A DNA stretch of 64,000 bases from positions 1 to 64,000 of the forward strand of contig WOZJ01000050.1 in NCBI GenBank assembly GCA_011620345.1, in the 5' to 3' direction. The position numbers and the translations under genes were made by a program. The notes beneath the pieces are model-generated. The model saw only the letters and a list, made by a program, of their open reading frames with translations, ran no database searches and was not told the origin of the DNA. Origin of the DNA: Nitrospirota bacterium (GTDB lineage Bacteria > UBA2233). How positions within the stretch are numbered: the stretch's first letter is position 1; the number at the start of each line of letters is the position of its first letter. This document shows positions 18,009 through 26,838 of this stretch, one piece after another.

Positions 18009-18968
18009 TTAACGCTTTGCCGAGGCCGTGGCTTGTTGGACGGCTCCGAGGATCTCCTCGCATTGCGGCTTATAGAAGGCCTCGTAGTCAAAGAGATAGT
18101 AGGGGTTTTTCCAGTCAAGAACCTTCCTGCAGTAGACCTGCGCCTTTTGGTTGTCGTGCTCGAGCTTGTAGTACAGCCTTGCGAGCTCACAGTAGGGCAG
18201 TGGGTCATTCGGAATTCTCCTGTGTGCCTCCAAAAGCAGCTCTTCGGCCTTTTGCTTGTCTCCGCCCAGGACTCCAGGGAAGTGCCAAAGCAGGCTTGCC
18301 CTTATGACCGTGACGAGGTAGGCATAATCGTAGCCTTCTTCAGCAGGGGGCTTGACTCTCTTGAAATGCGTTAGCACAAAGTCGATGTCTTTCTCGATCA
18401 CCCTCAGGCGTGGAAGGATTTTGCCGACCGAGAAGACGTTCCGTAGCATGCTTTTCCCCCCATAATTGGCATCCAAGATCCGCGCGAGGGACGCCGCCCG
18501 GCCAAAGTGGCAGGTAACGCTGTTAGGGTCTTTTTTGAGCCCCCTTTCGGCGCACTCTGCGGCCGTTGTGTAGCTTTTGACAGCCTTAGCCTTATCGTGC
18601 TCCCGAACGAAGGCGAACTCTCCCTCTTTGAAGTAGGTAAACCCTATGAGGTAATCGATGTCGGCATCGTTTGGGTCGAGCTTCTGTGCTTCAAGAAAAA
18701 GAGTTCTTGCCTTTTTAAGGGCCGATCGGTCCTTGTGCATTTCCATGGAGGCTATCCAGCCCCTATGTTTGAGCCCCTCGGCCGAAGAGGCGTTGGCGTA
18801 CGGCTGGAAGGCCATCAGGCACATCAAAGCCGTGAAGCCGTAGCAAAGGCACAAGCGGATCACGCAACCCCTCGTTATCTTATGTTGCCCATTCTTTTTG
18901 ACACCCAAACGGCTTTCATTCTTGGCTAAAGAATGTTGGCTGTGCTTGAAACTTTCAGTACTGGTCAT
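18009..18968 (-). CDS. Exported TPR-repeat protein, last gene of the TPAT operon
   Basis: ATGA overlap with the ligase B stop and an AAGGAG RBS. Signal-like segment ending AFQPYANA. TPR helices (LDPNDA..DY.IG..Y; PGVLGGDKQKAEELL). Confidence 0.75.
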   Translation of the reverse strand: MTSTESFKHSQHSLAKNESRLGVKKNGQHKITRGCVIRLCLCYGFTALMCLMAFQPYANASSAEGLKHRGWIASMEMHKDRSALKKARTLFLEAQKLDPNDADIDYLIGFTYFKEGEFAFVREHDKAKAVKSYTTAAECAERGLKKDPNSVTCHFGRAASLARILDANYGGKSMLRNVFSVGKILPRLRVIEKDIDFVLTHFKRVKPPAEEGYDYAYLVTVIRASLLWHFPGVLGGDKQKAEELLLEAHRRIPNDPLPYCELARLYYKLEHDNQKAQVYCRKVLDWKNPYYLFDYEAFYKPQCEEILGAVQQATASAKR

Positions 18969-20503
18969 GCGTGCTCCTTGATCCATGCCTCCTTGAGTTG
19001 CGTTTTGAGCGTTTTACCCTGCGGGTTGCGCGGAATTTCATTGACGACCGCGACCTCTTTGGGAACCTTGTAATCGGCAAGCCGTTCTTTCAAAAAGCCC
19101 ACCAATTCTTCCTTGGTAAGAGTCTGCCCAGCTTGCGGGACTACGACGGCGGCCACTCGCTCCCCCCAGTAAGCATCCGGCACACCGATTACGGCCGCAT
19201 CGTAGACCTTTGGGTGAAGCATTATCACCTGCTCGATTTCGACGGGGTACACGTTGACGCCGCCCGAAATCACCATGTCAGACTTGCGGTCCACGATGGT
19301 GTAGTAGCCTTCCTCGTCTTTGATGGCCACGTCGCCCACCGAGATGAATCCATCGCGGAACACCTTCTTTGTTCCTTCCTCGTCCTTGTAGTAGGCATCG
19401 ATCATCCAGGGGTTCTTCATAAAAAGCTCTCCTGGCACGCCGGGGGGACACTCGTTGCCGTTCTCGTCTATAATCTTGAGCTCGTTGCCGGGGAAGGGCC
19501 TGCCGCAGGCCGTGATGTGTCGGCGCATCTCGCCTGGGGGCATGTAGAGGTTGATCCCGGCCTCCGTCGAGCCGTAGAACTCTGAGAGCTTATCGCCCAG
19601 CCAGTTGATGACGCCTTCTTTGGTCTCCGGGAAGAGCGGGGCGCCAGCACAGATGATAATACGAAGGTCGGGAAGGTCTTTGTAGTCCTGCTTGATGCCC
19701 TCAGGAAGGGCCAGCAGGCCGTTCAGCACCGTGGGGACGACGAACGTGCTCGTGGTGCGCTGTTCTTTTAAGAGCTTTAGCATCCCTTCGGGTTCGAAGT
19801 GGCGCATCAAAACAAGCGTTCCGCCTACGGCGAGCGTGAGCGTGGCAAACAAAAAAGGCGCGCTGTGGTACAAGGGGCATACGGCCAAATGGCGCTCGTC
19901 GGAGGTATAGCCATACTCTGAGATGGCGTTCATCACCAAAAAAACGTTGCCTTCAGACATTTTCTCCCTGAAGGCGCCCTTTGGCCTGCCTGTCGTGCCC
20001 GAGGTGTAGATCATCGGGGCCGAGCCCTCTTCGGCCAGCGTGTCCAAAGACGGCGGGTTGGAGGCGATGAAATCCTCGTAGGCGACAAAGTCCTTGGAAC
20101 GCTCCTTGCCCGTTACGATCATCCCGCCATCCAAGAAGTGGTAGGCCTTCCCCTGGACTTCCTCGACGCGCTCCATAAGCGTCCTGTCGACGACGACCGC
20201 CTTGGGCGCGGCGTTCGTAAGGATGTGGACGAGCTCATCGCCCCTTAGCTTGTAGCCCACGAACACGGGCGTTACCCCCATGAGCATGCAGGCCAAGTAC
20301 GTCTCGACGTACTCCGGCTGGTTGTACATCATGAGCGCAAGCCTGTCGCCTTGCTTGAGCCCGAGCCCATTGAAGCCGTTGATAAGGCTCCCGATGCGGT
20401 CAAACCCTTCCTTATAGGTGATACTCCTGCCATCCCCTACGAGCATTTCTTTTGTAGGGCTGGTTTTTGCGTACATGAGGAGCATGTCTGTCAAGCCTGG
20501 CAT
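18965..20503 (-). CDS. Long-chain/aryl acyl-CoA ligase paralog B (canonical motifs)
   Basis: YTSGTTGRPKG, PLYHSAP, YGSTE, GD, VDRKSDMVISGGVNVYP.EIE, PRNPQGK. Confidence 0.92.
   Translation of the reverse strand: MPGLTDMLLMYAKTSPTKEMLVGDGRSITYKEGFDRIGSLINGFNGLGLKQGDRLALMMYNQPEYVETYLACMLMGVTPVFVGYKLRGDELVHILTNAAPKAVVVDRTLMERVEEVQGKAYHFLDGGMIVTGKERSKDFVAYEDFIASNPPSLDTLAEEGSAPMIYTSGTTGRPKGAFREKMSEGNVFLVMNAISEYGYTSDERHLAVCPLYHSAPFLFATLTLAVGGTLVLMRHFEPEGMLKLLKEQRTTSTFVVPTVLNGLLALPEGIKQDYKDLPDLRIIICAGAPLFPETKEGVINWLGDKLSEFYGSTEAGINLYMPPGEMRRHITACGRPFPGNELKIIDENGNECPPGVPGELFMKNPWMIDAYYKDEEGTKKVFRDGFISVGDVAIKDEEGYYTIVDRKSDMVISGGVNVYPVEIEQVIMLHPKVYDAAVIGVPDAYWGERVAAVVVPQAGQTLTKEELVGFLKERLADYKVPKEVAVVNEIPRNPQGKTLKTQLKEAWIKEHA
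19431..19685 (-). repeat. 255-bp exact inverted repeat, copy 2 (inside ligase B)
   Basis: Reverse complement of 16713-16967. It also produces the identical 60-aa shadow ORFs at 16748 (+) and 19468 (-). Confidence 0.95.
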
Positions 20504-20542
20504 TGCTAGAAACCTCCCAATTCTTCTTACGAGTCGTTCGAA

Positions 20543-21418
20543 TTAGAAAAACTTATTTTTATTATTCTTGAGCCAAAGCGCCTTTCTCTTCGAAATATCG
20601 TTGGCCAACTGCATTTCTGGCATCACATTGGCAGGGGTTTTGAGGACGAAATCGATGGTCTTGTCGAAGAGCGCTTCATCGTACACCCCTGTAGCGTAAT
20701 ACCGTGCATAGAAAACATGGGCCAGCAAAAATTTGTTTTCTGTTTTTTTGAAGGCAACAGCGAACTCATTCTTAGCCTTTTCTGTGCCACCGCCGAGCAT
20801 GGGACCCGCAATGATGGCGTAGGCCCCCTGAAAAAGGTGGGGGGCATAATTAAAGTAGGTTTCATCGAGAACAATAAGGCGATCAAACGTGTGCGTGGCG
20901 TCCCCGATACCGATCAGGATGTTGGGGTCATCCATTTCGAGCATGACCCTAAGACCTGCATTCAACCCGTACCAGAAGGCCGCAGGGACATCGCCCTTTT
21001 TGAGGTACTGGGCCAAATCGATCATGTGCTTGCCCGTTTCAAGCCCTTTACGGATTTCTCGATTGCGTACCTTAAGCGCCCTAAGGCCGTAATCCCTGCC
21101 GATTTCGTAGATCTCCGCCGCAAAATTCGGGTCTTCCCACTCGAGAATAAGACCCCAGGCCGCATAGGCCTCTGAAGCAATCGCAAGCAGCTTGTCGTTG
21201 TTTGGTGAAAACTCGACGAGTGCCGAGATGAGCAGGGCGTTGCCTGGAAGGCCCTCTTTAGCCACTGATGCGCTTTGAAAGCCCATCAGATTATCCACGG
21301 TGTGCTTGAGCACGGGTTGAAGAGTGTCTACCCCTTTTCGTTCGACAAAAGAGCAGCTCGAAAGAAGCGCGGCAACGGAAACTGCCCAAACGACGCCAAC
21401 AAAACGATGTCTACTCAT
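20543..21418 (-). CDS. TRAP transporter T component (TatT) lipoprotein
   Basis: Lipobox LLSSC. Motifs PMLGGG.EKAK..F, LLAHVFYARYYA, L.N.I.K.KA. Located in the TRAP operon. Confidence 0.85.
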   Translation of the reverse strand: MSRHRFVGVVWAVSVAALLSSCSFVERKGVDTLQPVLKHTVDNLMGFQSASVAKEGLPGNALLISALVEFSPNNDKLLAIASEAYAAWGLILEWEDPNFAAEIYEIGRDYGLRALKVRNREIRKGLETGKHMIDLAQYLKKGDVPAAFWYGLNAGLRVMLEMDDPNILIGIGDATHTFDRLIVLDETYFNYAPHLFQGAYAIIAGPMLGGGTEKAKNEFAVAFKKTENKFLLAHVFYARYYATGVYDEALFDKTIDFVLKTPANVMPEMQLANDISKRKALWLKNNKNKFF

Positions 21419-21447
21419 GTGGCTGTATCCCTTTAGTTCTAAATAGA

Positions 21448-22764
21448 TCAGACTCCAGACCAAGACGATCCTAAGGGAATCAACTCCTTATTCATTCCTA
21501 GGGCCGTCGGGAGCCAAAGGGTAAGGTCCGGCCAATAGGCGATGAGGATAAGCCCAAGGGCTTGGACCAAAAGCCGTGGAACAACGGCTCTAAACAAAAC
21601 CTCAAGCGGCTCCCTGAAGCGGAACGCTCCGATAAAGAGGTTAAAGCCAATCGGGGGTGTCGAATAGCCCAATTCCAGGTTCCAAAGAAAGATGATGCAG
21701 AAATGGACCGGGTCTATCCCGTAGCCTGTCGCTACGGGGAGAAGGAGCGGGACCATTACGAGGATGGCGCTGAAAACGTCCATCAGGCAACCCGTAATCA
21801 AAAGGATAAGATTCAAAAAGAGCAAAAAGACAAGCCTGCTCTTGATAACCCTGAGTAAGAATTCGAGGAAATGCTGGGGGATCTGCTGGTCGATCAGGAA
21901 GTTCGAGAAGGTGAGCGCGGAGACAAGAATGGCGAAGATCGCCCCGACAAGGACTAGGCTTTCCGTCCCCGCCTCAGTGACCTTAGAGATCGTAACCTCC
22001 CTTCGGATAAGAACCTGAGTGATAAAGATGTAGAGGAGACTTATGATGGCCACCTCGGGAACGCTCATCCAGCCGGCGAAAATTGCGACGATGATGAAGA
22101 ATGGGAGCGGGGCCTCCAAGGCCACGGCCTTCAGCGAAGCGATGGCGGGTTTCCATTGAAAGGGGGAAGAGGGAATTCCAGCACGGTAAGCATGGATGAT
22201 GCAGTAGACGATGTATATCGCCGTGAACACAATCCCCGGCAAAAGGCCCGCAACGTAGAGTTCGTCTGTCGCCTGGTAGGAGATGAAGCCGATCACGATG
22301 ATGGGCAGGCTTGGTGGAAAGAGCATGCCTTGCCCGCCGCAAACCGTGCAGGTCCCCAGGGCGAAGTTTTTATCGTAACCCGACTTCATGAGGGCGCTGT
22401 AATAAATTCCCCCGAGCGCCATGACGGCCAGGGCCGAACCCCCAGTGAGGGCGCTGAAGACGGTGTAAGCGATGACAGTGGCAATCGCCAACCCACCTGG
22501 CAGCCAACCAAGCCAGTGATTGGACAAATCGGCCAGCCTCTGGGAAGCCTTTGAGTAACTCAGGATATAACCCATGAATGTGAAGATCGGAAGGGCCAAG
22601 AGGCCAGGGGCCTCCATCACGATCTTGACCTGAGTGATCATCGCCTGGAGAGGGACATGGGCGACCTCGGCGAAATAAAGCGCAGCCAAAAGCCCAAGTA
22701 CGGCCAAAAGGGGAGTCCCGATTAAGGCCGAAAGCAAGATGCCCGAAGCGAGAGCAGTAACCAT
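21448..22764 (-). CDS. dctM: TRAP transporter large permease DctM
   Basis: LALPIF, GWLPGGLA, PPSLP, IDPVHF, ELGY.TPP.G.NLF. Confidence 0.92.
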   Translation of the reverse strand: MVTALASGILLSALIGTPLLAVLGLLAALYFAEVAHVPLQAMITQVKIVMEAPGLLALPIFTFMGYILSYSKASQRLADLSNHWLGWLPGGLAIATVIAYTVFSALTGGSALAVMALGGIYYSALMKSGYDKNFALGTCTVCGGQGMLFPPSLPIIVIGFISYQATDELYVAGLLPGIVFTAIYIVYCIIHAYRAGIPSSPFQWKPAIASLKAVALEAPLPFFIIVAIFAGWMSVPEVAIISLLYIFITQVLIRREVTISKVTEAGTESLVLVGAIFAILVSALTFSNFLIDQQIPQHFLEFLLRVIKSRLVFLLFLNLILLITGCLMDVFSAILVMVPLLLPVATGYGIDPVHFCIIFLWNLELGYSTPPIGFNLFIGAFRFREPLEVLFRAVVPRLLVQALGLILIAYWPDLTLWLPTALGMNKELIPLGSSWSGV

Positions 22765-22774
22765 GCTAAGCCTC

Positions 22775-23320
22775 CTAGGCCTTTAAAAGGGCGGTTAGGG
22801 CCATACGTAAGGCACTCGAGGCGTAAAAATAAAAGACTACGAGGTAAAAGGGCCAGGTGGGATAGTCGTAGTACGTCGATCGGTCTCCCGTGCGGATCAA
22901 CGTTTGCAGGTACTCAAACGTGGCATAGGTAAAGATGGCGAAGACCAAACACGCCATGAGGTAGGCCACGATCCTGACCGCCTTCTTCAAGGTAGGGTTT
23001 TTGATGTACCGGACGATGTCAATCCTGAAGTGCTCAAGTCTTGTCGTGGCAAGGCAGGCCCCGAGAAAACCCGACCAGAGCATACTGTACTTCACCATGT
23101 CCCCCATCCAAATGTAGCCGACAGAGAAGAATGCCCGTAAAAACCACTGGAGAAAGGCGCCGGTGCAAAGGAGGATGAGAAAAAACAACATCAGCGCTCT
23201 TTCGATGAATAAAAACCTCTCATTGGCTTTCTGGAGCCATCCCTTCCAACCGCCCAGCTTGGCATAGCGAGGTCTGCTGAAGTTGAGGTTTTCTTGATTG
23301 GATAGAGCTTCCTGCACCAT
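22775..23320 (-). CDS. dctQ: TRAP transporter small permease DctQ
   Basis: Four TM helices, LW.GFLGA.LA....HFRID motif, located between dctP and dctM. Confidence 0.85.
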   Translation of the reverse strand: MVQEALSNQENLNFSRPRYAKLGGWKGWLQKANERFLFIERALMLFFLILLCTGAFLQWFLRAFFSVGYIWMGDMVKYSMLWSGFLGACLATTRLEHFRIDIVRYIKNPTLKKAVRIVAYLMACLVFAIFTYATFEYLQTLIRTGDRSTYYDYPTWPFYLVVFYFYASSALRMALTALLKA

Positions 23321-23331
23321 GATTGTTTCCT

Positions 23332-24777
23332 CTATTTTTTTTGGAAACCCTTGTACCTTGGGCTCCTTAGGTAGCCCACAATCTCTTGAAGCCTTTGGTT
23401 AAGCGCTTCCTTAGTGCCGTAGAGTTTTTTGATGTCGTTTTTATAAGGAAGAACGTACTTCTCCATTTCTCCTTCAGCCCTGTAGTTCCCGAGCCATGCG
23501 ATAAAAGTGTCTGTCTTTCCTGTCTTGATGATCTCTTCCGAGGCCCCGATGAGGTCGTAAAGCCGCCATTTTTCGATGACATGATCGCTTTCCAGCTTGC
23601 CGAGTTCCTCCTTGGAGCCGGTCTTGATGTAGGTCTCGAGGGCGTCGGCTACCTTTTTTTGCCTTTCCGGAAAGTTCGCGTACGAAGGATCGGCCTCAAA
23701 GATGGCCTTTTCTATGGAGGTATCGTAACCTGCGAGGGCAGCCGATATTTTTTCGTAGGCATCGCGCTTTTCCTTGTCATTGCCCAAATAGGCTACCCTG
23801 TAGGCTAGGCAGGGCTCTTTCCACGCCTTGAGCTCTTCGGGGCTAAGCGAGATCACCTTGGAGCCGTATTTGAGCATCGCCTTGGTAAAGGCCACGGCCC
23901 CGTCGCGCATGGTACCGTTTATGTTCCAGTGAATGAATGGGGTTATAGCAAGGAATGCGATGCGGAAGCCGTTAGGCAGCCTTTCGAACGCCTGCCTGGT
24001 GATCATGGGCGCCGTCATTGACGTCCTTATGGGTGGCTGGACAATGTAAGGGAGAGCCGTGTAAATCTGCATGCCGATGACGAACATGGAGGGTAAGATC
24101 ACGGCATTCGAAAGCCCTGCCTTGAACGAGGGGAACATCTCGGGGGGCTGAATAGGAACCTGTGGAATCCCATGGGCCCTAAAGAACGTATCGTCAGGCC
24201 CGCCCGTGTAGTTGCAAGCTTTGACGTTGTTTTTCAGGGCTTCAGGCGTCCGCCATGAACCTGCCAAATAAAGATCATGGATTCCTTCTGTCAGCTCCAA
24301 GAAGTTTACAAACCCCTTGTCCCAAAGGACATCGTTGAAGTCCTTCATTGCCGTCATGGCCCTGTCAAACTGGCCATAGTCGTTGATCAGGTAGGCCATG
24401 TAGACGACTTCGAGCTTTCTTGAGATCGAGGGTTGGGCGTTGACGGTGGGTGTCACGACATCCAATTGGCCCATCTGGGCCTTCTGGAGCATCTGGTTGT
24501 CATCGCCCATGACACCCCCGTAGTAGGGGATGAACCCTATGTCGTACCCCAAGTTTTTCCCTATGGGTTTGAAGAAATCCTTTTCAACGGATTCCAGGGC
24601 ATTCGTCACGTTTGTCCCTTTAGGCCCCAGAGTCCCAAACTTGAGCCTAATCTTGGGAAGCTCCTGGGAAAAAGCCATACCCTCAAGCCCAACAAGCATT
24701 GAACAAGCCCAACAACTGGCGCAGACAAACGACTTAAGGCCATTTCGCCGAAACCATGCCCTTTTTTGAGAACTCAT
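23332..24777 (-). CDS. dctP: TRAP substrate-binding protein DctP (TatP-like) with a C-terminal extension
   Basis: Signal peptide, LKFGTLGPKGT, YYGGVMGDD.QM..K...GQLD. At 481 aa it is longer than a typical DctP. Confidence 0.85.
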   Translation of the reverse strand: MSSQKRAWFRRNGLKSFVCASCWACSMLVGLEGMAFSQELPKIRLKFGTLGPKGTNVTNALESVEKDFFKPIGKNLGYDIGFIPYYGGVMGDDNQMLQKAQMGQLDVVTPTVNAQPSISRKLEVVYMAYLINDYGQFDRAMTAMKDFNDVLWDKGFVNFLELTEGIHDLYLAGSWRTPEALKNNVKACNYTGGPDDTFFRAHGIPQVPIQPPEMFPSFKAGLSNAVILPSMFVIGMQIYTALPYIVQPPIRTSMTAPMITRQAFERLPNGFRIAFLAITPFIHWNINGTMRDGAVAFTKAMLKYGSKVISLSPEELKAWKEPCLAYRVAYLGNDKEKRDAYEKISAALAGYDTSIEKAIFEADPSYANFPERQKKVADALETYIKTGSKEELGKLESDHVIEKWRLYDLIGASEEIIKTGKTDTFIAWLGNYRAEGEMEKYVLPYKNDIKKLYGTKEALNQRLQEIVGYLRSPRYKGFQKK

Positions 24778-24837
24778 GCCATCTCCCTTTCGCCGCGTTA
24801 ATTAGATTTCACTCGACCCTACCGCCTATAAATACGT

Positions 24838-24853
24838 AGCAAAAACATTGCCA
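24838..24853 (-). promoter_or_regulatory. Sigma54 (-24/-12) promoter for the TPAT-ligase operon
   Basis: Minus strand TGGCAA-TGTTT-TTGCT (GG-N10-GC), about 60 bp upstream of the dctP start. Confidence 0.8.
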
Positions 24854-24924
24854 AGAGAATGCTTCCATAAAACCGCACTTCTTAAGGTAATAACCAAGAT
24901 GGGGACCGGTGACATTTTTGCAGG

Positions 24925-24940
24925 TTTGCAAATTTGCAAA
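24925..24940. promoter_or_regulatory. Candidate enhancer (UAS) palindrome shared by both sigma54 promoters
   Basis: Perfect palindrome TTTGCAAATTTGCAAA within a run of TGCA units, centred about 80 bp from each -24/-12 element. Confidence 0.6.
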
Positions 24941-25015
24941 TGCGTGCCTGCATCGACTCCTTATGATTTTTAGAAGAAAGGCAGGATTTATCGTTATTTT
25001 CGTCCTAAATTAAGA

Positions 25016-25031
25016 TGGCACGGTGATTGCT
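25016..25031 (+). promoter_or_regulatory. Sigma54 (-24/-12) promoter for the flavoprotein operon
   Basis: TGGCAC-GGTGA-TTGCT, a perfect match to the consensus. Confidence 0.88.
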
Positions 25032-25085
25032 ATCCATATATAGCAGGAATGGTTTGACATGATGATCCAATACCGAGGGACTAAA

Positions 25086-26801
25086 ATGGCAAAGCTTCAC
25101 TATGACATCGTGATCGTAGGCGGTGGGCCGAACGGGCTTGCCGCGGCGGCCTACCTGGCCAAGTGCGGGCTTAGTGTTTGTATCCTTGAAGAAAGGCTAG
25201 AGGCCGGAGGGGGAGCAGAAAACACCGAACCAATCCCCGGCTGCCGGATCGATCCTCATGCCACCTACCTCTACGGAGCATACGCGCCCGGGTTCGATCA
25301 GCTCGAGCTGGACAAGTTCGGTTTTCGGATGAGCCATGCCAGGAATTTCGGTGGGGTCGTCAACTACGATGGCACGGGGACTGCGGCCGGTCTGTACAAC
25401 ATAGAGTATACGCTAGAACAAATAAAAAAGCGCTCGCCGAAAACGGCGGAAACGTTCCGCTACCTTTACGACAACCTCTTTACCCCAAAGAACCTGGGGA
25501 ATTTCTTGCGCTCAATCTACTGGACGCCGCCCCCGCCTGTGGGGATGCCCATGGACAAGAGCGATTACCCATGGTCGCAAGTGCTCAAAAAGCTCTTGCC
25601 CGGTCTCTACGACGATGTCTGGAACGATTTCAGCGGGTTCGAGCTTATGGATGCCTTATGGGATTGGGAGCCCCTTACCGCTGCCCTTGGTCTGGCAAGC
25701 TGGTACAACGGGCCCCATCCGATGTGGAAAGGGGTCGGCATTCAGGCATTTGCCTGCAATCTTTTAATGCTGGGCAGCAATGGGGTCCCAAGGGGCGGCA
25801 TGCATTCCTACATGCACGCCCTGATAAGGTGCGCCATGTTCCACGGGGCCAAGCTTATCACGAACTGCAAGGTCGAGGAGATCCTCGTCGAAGACGGCGA
25901 GGCCAAAGGGGTCAGGCTCGCAGAAACCTCCCCCCTGGGAAACAGAACTATTTGGGCGGACAAGGCCGTCATCGCGAACACCCATATCAAGCAAACCTTC
26001 CTCGATCTAGTCCCCAAAAGGCACCTTGACCAGGATTTCGTCCAAAAAATCAAAGACATCAACCTCAACGGCGGCAGCCTCTACGTCATGCACCTCGTTT
26101 GCAAGGAGCTGCCCAAGTACGTAGGGGAACAAGGTGAGATTATGAAAGGCAAGAACTACCCGATTGCCTTGGTTGGACCCTGCGACAGCCGAGAGTATCT
26201 CATCAACCAAACGATCGACGTGTACTCGCACCGTACCCACCCTCTAAGGAAAGAGAGCATGACGTTCGTCATCGGTCAACACGACATCATTGACCCGAGT
26301 AGGGCGGGGGGCGATCTGTTTGTCGTTTCTCCGATTTACCTGCAGATGCCGCCTCCGGAATACCACAGAGACGGACCAAACGCTGTCAATAAGGCAAAAG
26401 ACGAGATCAACCACGCGATTCTCGGCGCAATCAGAGAAATGGCCCCGAACATGACGGAGGACAATATTGTTCATATGTTCGTGAACACGCCGGAGGATTC
26501 CTCGTTCAGAAACCTCGGGTTTGTCGGGGGAAACTGGTACGGAACGCGTCATGATCGAGACCAGTGGTGGGAAAAAAGGCCGCTACCCGAGCTTTCCAGG
26601 TATCGGACGCCGGTTGACAAGCTCTATCTTTGCAACCAAAGCTCCTACCCCGGCGGGCTGTGCTTGATGGCCGTACCCTACAACTTGATGCACGTCTTGA
26701 TCGAGGACGGGATCGCAAAACCGGGAGAATGGTGGTACCCATCGCCTTGGTACATTCCGGAATCTGAGGCGAGGTATTCTCGTTCTAAGGTTCCTGCATA
26801 A
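25086..26801 (+). CDS. COG1233 FAD oxidoreductase (phytoene desaturase superfamily), alpha-type subunit 1
   Basis: IVGGGPNGL.AA.YLAK.G..V..LE.R.E.GGG, HAT motif, YRTPVDKLYLC..SYPGG. GAGGGA RBS before ATG 25086. Confidence 0.9.
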   Translation: MAKLHYDIVIVGGGPNGLAAAAYLAKCGLSVCILEERLEAGGGAENTEPIPGCRIDPHATYLYGAYAPGFDQLELDKFGFRMSHARNFGGVVNYDGTGTAAGLYNIEYTLEQIKKRSPKTAETFRYLYDNLFTPKNLGNFLRSIYWTPPPPVGMPMDKSDYPWSQVLKKLLPGLYDDVWNDFSGFELMDALWDWEPLTAALGLASWYNGPHPMWKGVGIQAFACNLLMLGSNGVPRGGMHSYMHALIRCAMFHGAKLITNCKVEEILVEDGEAKGVRLAETSPLGNRTIWADKAVIANTHIKQTFLDLVPKRHLDQDFVQKIKDINLNGGSLYVMHLVCKELPKYVGEQGEIMKGKNYPIALVGPCDSREYLINQTIDVYSHRTHPLRKESMTFVIGQHDIIDPSRAGGDLFVVSPIYLQMPPPEYHRDGPNAVNKAKDEINHAILGAIREMAPNMTEDNIVHMFVNTPEDSSFRNLGFVGGNWYGTRHDRDQWWEKRPLPELSRYRTPVDKLYLCNQSSYPGGLCLMAVPYNLMHVLIEDGIAKPGEWWYPSPWYIPESEARYSRSKVPA

Positions 26802-26838
26802 GACTTAAGACCAGTTTAAAGATAGGGAGGTCACGATA

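Noticed and set aside
16748-19650. Identical 60-aa ORFs at 16748 (+) and 19468 (-) as a duplicated small gene or IS ends
   Set aside because: They are alternate-frame by-products of the 255-bp repeat inside the ligases. There is no transposase or target-site duplication.
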